Source: Mantamonas sphyraenae STR306 (taxonomy: Eukaryota; Protista; CRuMs). From it: 64,000 nt of DNA. The notes under the pieces are model-generated. The model was not told the DNA's origin, made no database searches, and was given only the letters and a program-made list of their open reading frames with translations. The stretch is from positions 401,754-465,753 of the forward strand of contig JAPMXV010000031.1 of assembly GCA_026936335.1 (NCBI GenBank), in the 5' to 3' direction. Positions 12,401 through 24,662 of the stretch are shown piece after piece. Position numbers and translations under genes: made by a program. Numbering within the stretch: position 1 is the first letter of the stretch; every line of letters starts with the position of its first letter.

Positions 12401-15366
12401 TGCAGCAGTTGGAAGTGTGCCTGTTGGCAAACAACGGCTTGCGCGCGTTCCCCGAGGTTTGGGATCTGCCGCATCTGCGGGTGCTAGGCCTGAGCAACAA
12501 CAGCCTGCTCACGGTGCCGCCTTATGTGGGCCGCTTGCAGGGGTCGCTGATGCGACTGGGTCTGTCGTCAAACTTGTTGGAGGAGCTGCCTGATGAGATC
12601 GGCTCGTTGGGAGAACTGCGAGAATTGCGGGTGGACCACAATATGCTGCAAACACTACCGGACACGCTGGGAGACTGCATGCAGTTGCACACGTTGTGTG
12701 TGGAACACAACCAGCTTCATTCGCTGCCGCCTGCGTTGTCAAAGCTGACAATGCTGGAGCATTTCACGTATGCAGACGGGCACGAAGAGACAATCGAGTC
12801 GCCGCCTGTGTGGGCGCTGTACATTCCGATGGAGGAGATGATGGATCTGATGAAGGTGCTGTACAACAACGAGCAGCAATCGTTGGCTCTGCATGCAGAG
12901 GGTCAGGCCCAGGAGGATGGACAGAGCCAGGCGGCTGCAGAGCAGGGACGGGACGCATGGACACAAGAGGCGCTGCGCGAGTATCGAGATCAGTCGGAGA
13001 GGGCGCAGGCACAGGCCGCTGCCATTGTGTCTGACGCAAGTGTGTTTCAGACAACCATGCTGGATCTGAGTGGCCTGCAGCTTGATTCGTTGCCTGCAGA
13101 CAGCGAGTCATTGCGGGAGAACGGAGCAATTGCCACGGTGCAGCTGTCTGACAACAAGTTGCAGACGCTCGCACCATGGACGCTGCTGGACAGTGTGTCG
13201 CAATGTGTGCAGGAGCTGTACCTGGACAACAACCTGTTGCAGACACTGCCCGAAAGCATGGCATCGTTGCAGCGCCTGCGAGTGCTCAGTTTGAACGGAA
13301 ACGATCTGGCACACGACATCTCTGCTGCACTGCCTGAGGCGCTGTCACAGTGTCGACAGCTTGCAGAGCTGCACCTGTCCAACAATGCGCTGGACACGCT
13401 TCCACACGGCCTGGAGCTGTTGGCGGGATCATTGCAGGAGCTTGATCTGGCACACAACAACTTTACGTCGGTGCCCCACGCGGTGCTGCTGCGCTTGACC
13501 AACCTGCGTGAGCTGTCGCTGCGCAGCAACCTGCTGGACAACATGACAGAGACTGGGCTGGAGCAGCATGTGTCGCTGCAGCACATAGATCTGAGCATGA
13601 ACCGCCTTGCGAGTATCCCGAACGACTTGAACCGCATGCGTGCCCTGACGTCACTTGATGTGTCGCTGAATGCCCTCCAGGAGCTTCCCGAAGGCTTGTG
13701 TCCGCGACTGAAGAGCCTCAATGTGCGTGGCAATGTGCTGACAGCTGCAGAGGCTCTGTCGGAGCTGTCTGCGCTGACGTGGCTGGATGTGAGCGGCAAT
13801 GCGGGCTTGGAAATCGACGAAGAGGACTGGGAATCGCTGGTGGGTTTACGCACGTTGAACATGGCGGGTATGGGCATGACCGAGCTGCCAGAAGGCTTGT
13901 TTGCTGTGTCGACCTTGTTTGCACTGGACATTGGCCACAATGCGCTGGGTGCCGTCGACGTGCGACTGTGCAAACTGAACCACCTGCAGAGTTTGCGCAT
14001 GGACAAGTGTGGGCTTGATGACGTCCCTGCGGAGCTGGGCAGCATGGAGTTGCAGCGATTGTCGATTGCAGGAAACCGGCTTGAGCACGTGCCGGCTGCT
14101 GTGGCACACATGACGTCGCTGCAGAGCTTGGATCTGCGTCACAACCGTGTGATTGCGATGCCGCAGGACACACGTTGGCCCCAGCTGCACACCCTGGCAC
14201 TGGCGCACAACGCGCTGATCGAACTGCCGGCATCGCTGCCCGAGCAGACTCCTGCCTTGGAGAAACTGTATGCGCAACACAACCGGCTGTTCTGTCAGCC
14301 AGGCGATGCGGTGGCACATGTGGCCAAGGTGTGGCTTGAGAACAATCCGTTTGAAATCGAGAACGGGGCTGTCGATGTCAGCCGCAGCCAACTGAAGGCG
14401 CTGCCCGTGGCCATCGACCGCACACGCACCACAGAGCTGGACGCCAGCCGCAATGCATTGGAGGAGCTACCGAGTTGGATCAGCTCGATGACGCAGCTGC
14501 AGCGTGTGGACGTGTCGTACAACCTGCTCGACGCGTTTCCCGAGCAGCTGTTTACGCTTGGCACAAACTTGAAGTGGCTGAACCTGGCTGGCAATGTGTT
14601 TCAGGACGCATCGTTGCCGCGTGCCATGGATGCGCTGCAGGCACTGGAGTATTTGGACGTGAGTGGATGCAATTTGCGACAGGCACCCATCCCGGCGTCG
14701 CTGCCGAGGCTTCACACGCTGATCCTGCGCGACAACCCGGCGCTGTCGGTACTGCCTGTGTCTCTTGCGTCGCTTGGCACATTGGAACACCTGGATGTAG
14801 CAAACTGCTCTATCCAAAGCGTCCCGGCGTCGCTGATGCGTCTGGGCAAGCTGAACTACCTGGACGTGAGCAACAACCAGATCACAGAGCTGCCCAACAT
14901 GCTGATGCGCTTGAAACTGCACACTCTGCTCCTGTCGGGCAACCAGGACCTCATTGCGCTGCCGGAGCGCATCAAAGGCATGACGTCGCTGCGGGTGCTT
15001 GCTGTCGACGGCACAAACATTGTCGAGCTACCCACCATGGCGTTTCTGGAAGAGCTGCACGCACACAACATGCCTTCCCTGATGAGTCCCACACACGAGG
15101 CCATCGAGGCAGGGTTGGACACGGTCAAGGCCTACTGGGCGATGAAGGAGGACTACGATGGCATGATGCGCACAGGCTCGATCAAGGAAGGGTCTGGGCC
15201 CATTGTCAAGCCTGCAGCGAAACCCAACACACCCATTCCCAGCACGACGCGCCACATTGTGCGCCGAGTGAACCACTCAGAAGGCGGAGGGAGCACCGTG
15301 GGGCGAACGCCGCCCGTGGGCAAGCGCAGGTCCATTGAGACTGCGCCGATTGTGATCATGGATTGA
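6445..15366 (+). CDS. Very large leucine-rich repeat protein (~2,900 aa, dozens of LxxLxLxxNxL repeats in several capped modules); intron 7550-7666; three apparent -1 frameshifts at ~8642, ~9704, ~11305
   Basis: ATG at 6445 (MSANAESAEAG). LRR register continues across ORFs 5980-8658, 8448-9722, 9485-11464 and 11317-15366, e.g. LASLP/EVCEMKTL, MGLL/NLHRVEV, RSRL/SLNLGNN. The intron has GTGAGT...CTGAC...CACAG. Confidence 0.8.
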
Positions 15367-15443
15367 CGTGTGACATGTGACGTGTGAGAATGATGGAAGA
15401 AATTGCATTTGCATGTGTACCCGGTGGTGGTTGCGAGCGTGGA

Positions 15444-18400
15444 TCACTCGGCCAGCTGGCGCACGTTGTTGTCCAGATCGATGAGCGAGCGCTCGCAGGG
15501 TTTACACACGCGCTGTGGTCGCGTGTAGTGCAGATGCGGGATGGTGCGTTTGCCGGGAGAGCAGGCGCCGCAAAAGATGAGGCCACAGTTGCGACAGTGA
15601 TGCCGCCTGCGGCTAAAGGTGAACTTCTTGCGGCACATTTTGCAATGTTGAAATGTCTTGTCTGCGGCCCAGTGAGGCCTGTGGCGTGCAATCTGGCCCA
15701 TGTGGCCCTGTACAGTGGTGCCGTCGTCCATGTCATCATCCTCGGATTGCTTCTGGGCCAGCGGAACGGAGGAATGGGTGGTGGATGACTGCGTGTCGTT
15801 GTTGTTGTTGGCAGAGGCAGCAGACGACGACGATGAGGAGGAGGTGGTGGAGGAGGATTCTGCTTGAGAACCTTTGCTGGAAGCTTGCTGTTCGCGCTCG
15901 ACTTCTTGCCACAAGTCGTACGAGCTGTTGAGGTTGCGCGAGAGCATGAGGGAGTACCGCGGGTTGGAGGTTTTGTCTGCGTGGGCAACCTTGTGGGACA
16001 TCTTTTCGTTTGTGTGCTCGAGGGCACGGTGAACGTCTTGCTGGGTGCCGAGTTGCTTGTTGTCCACGCGCGGGGTCACTCGCGCCTCGATCATGGTGGC
16101 GATGTTTTTCATGGAGTTGGACTGGGCGTACTGAAGGGCCAGATGGCCCATGACGTTGGTGATGTTGACATCTGCATAGGCGTTGATGAGGAGCTCCGCG
16201 CAGTCGAATCGGCGTTGCTGACAAGCGACGTGGAGGGCGGTGTCGCCGTCAGAGTCGGTGAGGTCGCAGTTGGCGCCCTCGTCCAGGAGCAGGCGGACGA
16301 CATCGATGCGATTGCTGCTGACGGCAAAATGGAGGGCGCTGCACCCATTGGTGTCTTGCAGATTGATGGAGGCGCCGTGCTGCAGCAGGACGGCCATTAT
16401 CTGCGTACGTCCTTCTTGAGCGCAGTGATGAAGGACAGAGTTGCCCTCTGGGCTGACGGCGAGGTCGATGTCTGCTTTGTAGTCCTGCAGGAGCATGCGC
16501 AGTACAGAGTGGTCGTCGTTGCAAATGGCAAAGAGAAGGCATGAGTTGAGATTGTCGTTGCGGTGATTCACGTTTGCGCCAGCGTCGAGGAGGGAGCGCA
16601 GGATGCCCTGAGGCACACCTTCCTGGACGGCAGCAAGGAGGGCAGTGTAGCCATTGGGCAGCAGCTGGTCGACCTTGGCGCCGTTGCGCAGGAGCATGTC
16701 ACACATGGCCTTTTCTTGCTTGGAGACTGCGACAAAGAGCGGGGTGACGCCATACGAGGTGAGAACGTTGAGGGAGGCGCCCTTGGAGACCATCATCTGG
16801 GCACAGCCGACGTGGTTGTTGTCGACGGCGAAAAACAACGGAGTTTCGCCGTCGCTGGTGGTGATGTCTATGTCCTGGCCAGCGTCGATGAGGAAGATGA
16901 TCATTTGTGTGTTTCCAGAGATGCCTGTGTGGTGGAGGGAGTGCATGCCGTGAGCGTCGACGGCAGCCGGGTCACTCTTGCGGCTGAGGAGCCACTTGGC
17001 GGCAATGGGCTGGTCGTTGGCAATGGCGACGAGAAGAGGGGTCATGCCGTTGCCATTGGGACACTCCTTGTCTGCGCCGTGGTCGACGAGAATCCGAATG
17101 ATGTCGAGGGCGCCAAGCTCTGCGGCGCAGTGGAGGGCGGTAAAGGCAAAGTCGCCGTTGACGTTTGCGACGTGGTTTGCGTCTGCGCCGTTGTCGAGAA
17201 GAAAACGAACTGCATCCAGACTGGATGCACGGACAGCAGTGAAGAGCGGTGTGGCGTGGTCGTCCTCGGCGGCGACATCGACGGGGAGGCCCGTTTCGAC
17301 AAGGAGCTGGAGGACGGGAACCGAGCCGGTTTCGGCGGCCAGATGGAGCATGGAGAGGCCTTCTTCGTCGGGAATGGAAGAGTCGGCGCCTGCGTTGATG
17401 AGTTTGGCAAGGATGTGTGTGTTGCCCTCGCAGGTGGCGGGAACGAGCGGGTTGAGCTCTGGCCACTGGGTGATGTACGGGGTCAGTTGGTCAAAAGGGA
17501 GGGCGGCAAGGAGTTCGTCGACGTCATCGAGATAGTCAGTGGCGGCAGCGTTGCAGAGGGCGAGGAGGACGTGGAGGGGTTGGTCGAGGAGGGCGACTGA
17601 GCCCTGGGCAAGGAGCCAGCGAGCGACGTCAAAGTCGTGCAGGTCGATGGCGGCCTGAAGGACAGAGAGCTCGTCGTTGTCTGTGATGTGCAGGTTTGCG
17701 CCGCGTGCAACGAGGAGCTGGGAGGCGCGATGGGCACGGTTCTGGATGGCGTGGAAGAGGGCGGTGCGGCCGTGGGCGTGGTCGGGTTGGTCGATGGGCA
17801 GGAGTTGGGTGTCGAGAATAATGGAGAGGGAGTCGATGTCGTCGCGTGCAGCGGCGGCGTGGAACATGGCGAGGCATTCGGGTTTGTGGTCTGCGGTGAG
17901 GGTGGTGTGGGCAAGAAGAAGGGCGGCCGTGTCCCAGTGTTCCTTGCGGACGGCAAGCTGGAAGGAGATGGCGTCGTCAAAGACTGCGACGAGGTTTGGG
18001 TCGGCACCTGCTGCAAGGAGGCTGTGACAGATCTGGGTGTTGCCCTGAGAGGCAGCGACGACAAGGGCGGAGCGGCCTCGAAAGTTGGTTGCGTTTGTGG
18101 ACGCACCGTGGGAGAGGAGGAGGGAGACGATGCCCGAGTGACCTGCAGACGCGGCTAGGAGGAGCAGGTCGTTGCCTGCAGTGTTTTGGGCCGATGTGTC
18201 TGGGGATTCGTTGAGAAGGAGGGCGAAAACGGGCAGTTGACCGGCTTGTGCGGCAAGATGAGCAGCGGTGTTGCCGACGGAGTTGGCCATGGACGGGTCT
18301 GCACCTGCGCCGAGGAGGTAGGACACGACGTTGACGTGTCCTGCCTGTGCAGCAAGCATGAGTGCAGTGCAGCCCTGCTGGTTGGCTGCGTGGGGGGAGG

Positions 18401-18843
18401 GGGGAGGAGCAAGGAGTGAGAAAGGGGAAAACGGAGGGTTGGGCAAGGTGGAGTCAAACGGGCCCAGCGGGACAAATGGGCTTGAGGTGGGACGTGGGGC
18501 ATATTGTTTGGAGACACATACCAGCGTTGACGTTTGCACCGGCTCGCTTGAGGATCTTGATGAGTTCGAGGTTGGCGTTGGTGGCAGCGACCAAGATGGG
18601 AGGGTCGACGACGACGTTGGAGAGACGCTTTGTGGGCGAGTCTGCGTCCATGTCCGAGGCCGATTGTTGCTGAAGGACACCTGTGTCTCCTCCGTTGGCG
18701 GCTTGGGGCAGCTTGGTGAGGAGCTGGCGAAGTAGGGATGCGTCTCCGTCGCGGCAAGCCTTTTGCACGCCGAGGTAGATGTCTGCATCGGAGACAGCAG
18801 AGAAGAAGACGGCGTTGTCCGAGTCGCGGTTTCCAGCGGACAT
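15444..18843 (-). CDS. Ankyrin-repeat protein with C-terminal FYVE zinc finger (Rabankyrin/ANKFY1-like architecture, no BTB seen); intron 18386-18521
   Basis: About 20 ankyrin repeats (GxTPLHxA-type). FYVE signature WAAD...CKMCRKKFTFSRRRHHCRNCGLIFCGACS...RVCKPC. Spliced join ANVNA/ANQQGCTALMLA via GTATGT...CGCAG. Confidence 0.88.
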
Positions 18844-19042
18844 GAGGTGGGATGAAAGAGGGTGAGGGATGGAATGGGTGGAGCTGCGCGTGGAGCGCAG
18901 GTGGTGGCCGTCGTGGCAGAGATCCATGCGCAGTGTTACGTGTTGGAGAGCATCATTGTGTGACTGTGACCGTTCAGGGTGTCTACTATGGTGGACAACC
19001 ATGGTCATGCTGTTCTGCGAACCAGGGGCCAACGAAAAGGCG

Positions 19043-20296
19043 ATGCGAGCTGCAGTGTTGATAGCGTTGCTGATGGCGAGCATGGTGCTTGGTCAGGATG
19101 TGCCGTGTGGTGTGGGCAGTGTGGACTTGAGTGGTCTGGATCGACCCGAAGGATGGGTCGGCTACGACGCCATTGGAAAAGTCTTCTTTGCAGCACCGTG
19201 TCAACCGATGGCCAAGCAGCCTTTCCAGTGCGAGGGGATCGGGTGGAGCAACGCAAGTGTGTTGGCGGTGCAAACCAACTACATGTGTGTGGCTGTGGGG
19301 AGCAAGGTGGCGTGGAGCGAGGTTGCAGAGGGGCGAGTTCGCGCGACGTACACGCAAGGCGAGACAATCACTTGCCCAGCGGGCCAAGAGCGCAACATGA
19401 CGGTGGATTTTGTGTGTGATGCAAGTGCGGGAGGTGGGGCGTTGACGGATTTGACGTACCCTGCACAGTGCGAGCACGCAGGGGTGTTTCGCACGGCACA
19501 AGCGTGCGCGGAGAACGTGCGGTGCGGGACGGCCGTGGAGGGGACGTATCTGGATTTTGGAAAGTTGGACGGACGGCCGTGGACAGTGGACAATGTGACG
19601 ATGCAGGTTTGCAGCGGACAGGCAGGCGGGCATGGATGTCCGGGCGGGTTTGTGGCGTTGAAGGAAAACGGTGACGGGAGTTGCATGGGCTACGGCAACG
19701 CAACGACAAGGCGATATGTGGTGCATGCTGACGGACAGGGAGTGTTGGTGGACTACGACAGCTTTGCGGTGGATTTCACGTGCGACGCGAGCGCGGGAGC
19801 CGGGGCTCCGACCTCTGTGCGGGAGGTGGAGGGCAAGCTGACGGCAGAGTGGCCGACGATGTATGCCTGCCAGCGCAAACCGTACGTGGAGACGTGTGGG
19901 GCGTCGTGGGGAGGACACATTTTCGATTTCCGAGGTCTGAGCGCAGGGACCGGGTTGTACTCAGTGGGCGACTTTCAGGTGGACCCGTGCGCCCAGGGAC
20001 AGACGAGTCCGGACCCTGCATGTCCGTTTGGATACAGTGTGTACCGGAAGGATGGAGAGACGTGCGAGGGATGGGGCCAGGGAGCGACCACGCAGATTGT
20101 GCGCAGCAACAGCGAAAACGGGTTTGTGTTGACGACGACGGGCGAGAGTTGCGGCAATGGCGGACAGCGCACGTTCCGTGTGCGTTTCGTGTGTGATGTG
20201 CCGGCCAAGTTGGGCAAGCCGAGTGCGTTGAAGCGGGTGAGCGAGTGCGAAGCCGAAGTGGAGTGGCACACGATGCTTGCATGTCGGCCGACATGA
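19043..20296 (+). CDS. Secreted/luminal protein with three MRH (mannose-6-phosphate receptor homology) repeats, no TM anchor
   Basis: Signal peptide MRAAVLIALLMASMVLG. Three Cys-patterned repeats (DLSGL/DFGKL/DFRGL...VDFVCD/VDFTCD/VRFVCD...TAQAC/TMYAC/TMLAC). Stop directly after the third repeat. Confidence 0.7.
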   Translation: MRAAVLIALLMASMVLGQDVPCGVGSVDLSGLDRPEGWVGYDAIGKVFFAAPCQPMAKQPFQCEGIGWSNASVLAVQTNYMCVAVGSKVAWSEVAEGRVRATYTQGETITCPAGQERNMTVDFVCDASAGGGALTDLTYPAQCEHAGVFRTAQACAENVRCGTAVEGTYLDFGKLDGRPWTVDNVTMQVCSGQAGGHGCPGGFVALKENGDGSCMGYGNATTRRYVVHADGQGVLVDYDSFAVDFTCDASAGAGAPTSVREVEGKLTAEWPTMYACQRKPYVETCGASWGGHIFDFRGLSAGTGLYSVGDFQVDPCAQGQTSPDPACPFGYSVYRKDGETCEGWGQGATTQIVRSNSENGFVLTTTGESCGNGGQRTFRVRFVCDVPAKLGKPSALKRVSECEAEVEWHTMLACRPT

Positions 20297-20421
20297 GGGA
20301 AGGAAGGAGAGGAAGGAGAGGAAGGACGGGAATGAGATGAATATTCTGGTGAAGCAGTGCACATGAGGGTTGAAAAGCGCGGGTTGGGTTTGCGCCAAAC
20401 GGGCCAAACGAAAGAGTGAAA

Positions 20422-21730
20422 ATGTCCCTGGCCCAAGCCATTGCAAGTTTTGACAAGTCGGGCCTGAAGCCCACAGAAACGGTGGTGCGTAACCTGCCCA
20501 TCTATGGTGTGAATGATGAGAAGCCTGGATACGGCATGCAGACAGAGGAAGAGCTGGAGGAGCATTTCGATTCGACGGAGGTTCTGCACGACAAGGTGGC
20601 GACACTGGCGACGATGATTGCAGAGAGCAAACACATGGTGTTCTTCACTGGGGCCGGCGTGTCGACAGCGGCCAAGATCCCGGACTTTCGCTCTCGGGAC
20701 GGTGTCTGTGAGTTGATGTTGACACGACGACGAGTTTGCGATTTTGAATTCCTGACACGGGACGTTTGACGACGCAGGGACGTTGCAAGAGGCGGGATAC
20801 ATCCCAAAGAGCGCAGTGACGATGGAGGCAGCAAAGCCAACGTTGACGCACCTGACGATGGCGAGCATGGTGGATGGCGGAGTGTGCAAGCACGTGATTT
20901 CGCAAAACGTGGACGGCCTGCACCTGCGATCGGGGATTGCGGAGGAGGATCTGAGCGAGCTGCATGGAAACTGCTATGTGGAGCAGTGCCCCGAGTGTGG
21001 GGCGCGGTACGCTCGGCCGTTTGATGTGACGGCGCACAGCGGCGGACACGAGCTGCAAAAAGTTCACCAAACAGGCAGGCTGTGCAGCGCAGAGGGCTGC
21101 TCGGGGATGCTGCAGGACAACATCATCAACTTTGAGGAGAACCTGGATGCAGACATTCTGAATCGTGCGTGGGAGGAAAGCCAGGCGTGCGATTTGATGA
21201 TCTGTGTGGGTTCGTCGCTCCGTGTGACGCCTGCAGCGGACATGCCGAAGCTGGTGGCACGCAATGGCGGCCAGGTGGTTGTCATTAACCTGCAGGGCAC
21301 ACCGTTGGACAATGGCAAGAACGTGATGCGCATTGGGGCCAAGTGTGACGACGTTTTTACGCTGCTCAACGAGTTGCTCGGCGTGGAGCCCAAAGCATGG
21401 GAGGCGGAGCAGCAGCTGAGTGTGGGCAACGTGTGGGGCAGCGAGAACGACGCCGACGGCAACCTGTGCCTGTCGTATCGTCTGCTGGTGGGACCCACAG
21501 GCGTGCAGCCGTTGGACTTTGTCGCCAGCGTGACGGCAGGCGAAGGCATCGAACTGATGTTGGACACAGATGGGGTGTACAAATCAGAGTGGTTGCCAGC
21601 CACGCAAGAGGATGAAGACCGACAGGTGGATGTGTGCATCGCAAGGAACGACGGCGGCGAGGACGTGCACATTGGCTGGCACCTGATCCTGCACGGCCCC
21701 AAGAAGCACCTTGTGCCGTTTCTGCTGTGA
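20422..21730 (+). CDS. Class IV sirtuin (SIRT6/SIRT7-like NAD-dependent deacylase) with C-terminal extension; intron 20708-20777
   Basis: FTGAGVSTAAKIPDFRS..GVWT (W formed by splicing), SQNVDGLHLRSG, ELHGN, CxxC...C zinc ligands, GSSLRVTPA, INLQ. Confidence 0.9.
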
Positions 21731-21763
21731 TGGATGGATGGATGGATGGATGGATGGATGGAT
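21730..21763 (+). repeat. (TGGA)n microsatellite at the sirtuin stop, between convergent genes
   Basis: Direct tandem atggatggatgg... Confidence 0.9.
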
Positions 21764-21809
21764 GGAGGAGAGGAATGTACAGTGTGAAGAGAGTTTTGAA
21801 TTCAACGCA

Positions 21810-22412
21810 TCACTGGCAGCGGCTGAGAAGGATGTCACGGACCTTGAGACGGTGCTCGTCGCTCTCAAAGGGCACAAACTTGTTGCCATCCTCCTTCATG
21901 TGGTCGAGCACGTCTTCGATGTCCATGTACTTGACTTCAGCGACTTCCTCCTCCTGGAGGACGAGCTTCTCGGGCTCAACGACCTTTTCGAGGACAAACA
22001 CCTCGACAAACTCGTTGTTGAAAAAGGTGCCGTTGTTGCTGATGCTGCTGTCCTGGAAGGTGTACACGTGTTCGAGTTGGTCCTCGATGCCGGTGAGGCC
22101 AAGCTCCTCCTCCAGCTCGCGCACGGCGCCTTCCGTAATGTCATCGCCTGCGCTGAGGTGTCCGGCACATGACACATCCCAGTATCCAGCCCAGCTGTCC
22201 TTGGTGTCCACGCGTCGCTGCACAAGCACGCGTTTGTTTTCCGTATCCAGCAACCAGATTTGCACGGCCTTGTGCCAGTCTCCGTCGCGGTGAACAGCCT
22301 TGCGGCCCTTTGTGCCCAGGTGGTTGCCGTCTTTGTCGTAGATATCCAGGTACTCCTTCTCCTGCTCCTGCTCCTGGTCGTTCACGGTGGTTGCTGCTTC
22401 GTCGGAGGACAT
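21810..22412 (-). CDS. Nudix hydrolase, IDI-like/NUDT3(plant)-type
   Basis: VHRDGDWHKAVQIW, QRR..KDSWAGYWDVSCAGH, Nudix box G...AVRELEEELGL, LQEEEVAEVKY. Confidence 0.85.
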   Translation of the reverse strand: MSSDEAATTVNDQEQEQEKEYLDIYDKDGNHLGTKGRKAVHRDGDWHKAVQIWLLDTENKRVLVQRRVDTKDSWAGYWDVSCAGHLSAGDDITEGAVRELEEELGLTGIEDQLEHVYTFQDSSISNNGTFFNNEFVEVFVLEKVVEPEKLVLQEEEVAEVKYMDIEDVLDHMKEDGNKFVPFESDEHRLKVRDILLSRCQ

Positions 22413-22522
22413 TTCGGCAACTTTTCTTCTTCTTTGAGTCAAGCAGCGATTTCGATGCATCAAAGGGGGCAAGAGCAATTCATTTCTATTGATTCAATCC
22501 AAGCAACAGCAGCACTCTAGAC

Positions 22523-23743
22523 TCACCTCAACAACTCGACACCACGGCCGGCATGCTTGCTGGTAATATCATCCCAGTCGGCACTCTCGATGAGCGTGGT
22601 GACAATGGGCCTGTGATCGCTGGCCATGCTCTCGGGGATAATGGCCGAATGGACTGGGAACAGGCTGCTGGGGTTGACGTAGATGTAGTCGAGGCGAACC
22701 ATGGGCCTGTCGGAGGGAAAGGTGTTGCCGATGCGCTGGCGCGGTTCCCACAGGTTCTTCCAGTGGGCACGGTCCTCGTAGGGGCGGCGACGTACCTTGA
22801 GACCGTCGCGGCGGTTGCAGTAGTGCCATGTGTCGAGGAGATGCTGGCCGAGCGTCTGTGTGCCAAGGTAGGATTCGGGCGAGTTGAGGTCGCCGGTGAC
22901 AATGACCCGGCGGGGCTTGAGCGACGCCAGAAAGTTGAGCAGGTGGGAGACCTGGCCTGGTTGCTCGCCGCCGGTAAAGTCGTTCTGGAGGTGGGTGGTG
23001 ACGAACCACACGTCCTCGGTAAAGCCCTCGGGCCTGACACGCACGCCAAAGGCTTGGCGCGGGGCACGTGAGCTCCACTCCTCGTAGGCAATGTGGCGCA
23101 CCTCTTTGATGGGTAGTTTGCTGATGATGCCCTCGCCGTACTCGCCGCCGCCAAATTGGTCGCGGATGCGCGAAAACAAGTAGTGTTCGTAGCCTGCCAG
23201 CTCGGCAATGTGTGCCAACTGGTCACCCGGGTTGTGTGCAGTGAAGCGTTCGATCTCCTGGATGGCCACAATGTCTGGGTTGGCCTGGCGGATGACGTCT
23301 GCGATGCGCTTGTCGCTGTAGCGCGTGTCCATGCCCATGCCGGCCTGGATGTTGTATGTCATGACCTTGAGCATGGGCCACTGCTTGGAGCGGGCCAGGT
23401 CGCGCAGCGTGAGGGGCGACAGCCATGGCGCCGTGTCCAGCAGGCGCTCCTCCGGCCGCTGTGCATGTCGCAGGCCTTGGATGCGCGTGTCAGCAAACCG
23501 TGCCTGACCTCGGTTGTACTCCTTGGCCTTGAAGCGGCGCATCCACAGGGGAAAGATGATATCGTTGAAGTAAATGAGGGCGTAGAAGGGAAGCAGCAGC
23601 AAGCCGCCGGCAATGACGATGCCCACGTTCAGGAAGCGCGGCAGGCTCGGCCGTTTGTACACAAAGAGCTCCATATGGAGCATGATGGTGCCCAGCGCCT
23701 CGCGCAGCTTCTGGATACAGTAGAGCCACGCCAACGCGTACAT
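22523..23743 (-). CDS. Endonuclease/exonuclease/phosphatase (EEP) family protein with N-terminal TM segment; start codon uncertain
   Basis: [28 protein letters not shown] and SDHRP catalytic motifs; hydrophobic stretch [20 protein letters not shown]. Confidence 0.85.
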   Translation of the reverse strand: MYALAWLYCIQKLREALGTIMLHMELFVYKRPSLPRFLNVGIVIAGGLLLLPFYALIYFNDIIFPLWMRRFKAKEYNRGQARFADTRIQGLRHAQRPEERLLDTAPWLSPLTLRDLARSKQWPMLKVMTYNIQAGMGMDTRYSDKRIADVIRQANPDIVAIQEIERFTAHNPGDQLAHIAELAGYEHYLFSRIRDQFGGGEYGEGIISKLPIKEVRHIAYEEWSSRAPRQAFGVRVRPEGFTEDVWFVTTHLQNDFTGGEQPGQVSHLLNFLASLKPRRVIVTGDLNSPESYLGTQTLGQHLLDTWHYCNRRDGLKVRRRPYEDRAHWKNLWEPRQRIGNTFPSDRPMVRLDYIYVNPSSLFPVHSAIIPESMASDHRPIVTTLIESADWDDITSKHAGRGVELLR

Positions 23744-23847
23744 GACGGGGGCAGGGAGGGGAGGGTACAGACAAGAATTGTTGACGCGAGATGCGCCCGC
23801 GGGCCCAGCAGCGTGCACACACACACTTCCACACAGCACTGCACGCC

Positions 23848-24256
23848 ATGTCATCTGTCGACGACATCATGAGCGGGCTGAGCGACCTTACGGACGGACC
23901 GGTGTCGAGCAACAGCAGCAGCAGCGCGGGTGGGAGCGGGAGCAGGGCCAGCAAGGAGTCAAGCAACAGCAGCGGAGGAGGAGGAGGCGGAGAAACGTCC
24001 GTGGACTCGATGGGAGGGGGCATTGCGCTGCAGCGGTTGATGCAGGAGCGGAAACGCTGGCGCAAGGATCACCCACACGGGTTCTTTGCCAAGCCTGTGG
24101 TGAAGGAGGAAAACGGCGTGAAGAACACAAACATGATGCAGTGGAACGCAGGCATCACCGCCAAGGAGGATGTAAGTGGGAGGTAGTGTGTGGGCAGCGG
24201 GCACGGCTGCACGGCTGGGAATGGGCACACGACAGGAGACAAAGCGGAAAGTGGCA

Positions 24257-24314
<58 letters not shown>

Positions 24315-24662
24315 TTCAACACACAGTCGCCATGGAAGGGAGGCGTGTACAAACTGGTGCTCCTCTTCTCGGACGACTATCCGCTGCGGCCGCCAAAGGT
24401 GCAGTTCCGGCCGCCCATCTTCCACCCCAACGTGTACGAGTCGGGCACTGTGTGTCTCTCCATCCTCAATGAGGACAAGGGCTGGAAGCCAGACATTTCG
24501 CTCAAGCAGATCCTGCTGAGCATCCAAGATCTGCTGGACGACCCGAATCTGGACGACCCTGCCAACGGGCCGGCATGCGCCCTACTGCGTGCAGACCTGG
24601 ACAACGGCACGTCGGAGTACGAAAAGCGTGTGCGTGAGGAGGCCATGCGGAGGCAGCAGTGA
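23848..24662 (+). CDS. UBC9: SUMO-conjugating enzyme Ubc9 with Ser/Gly-rich N-terminal extension; intron 24172-24326
   Basis: [25 protein letters not shown] and [16 protein letters not shown] (catalytic Cys) are Ubc9 signatures. GTAAGT...ACAG intron gives AKED/SPWKGG. Confidence 0.9.
24260..24308 (+). repeat. (CA)n microsatellite in UBC9 intron
   Basis: Uninterrupted CA run. Confidence 0.95.
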
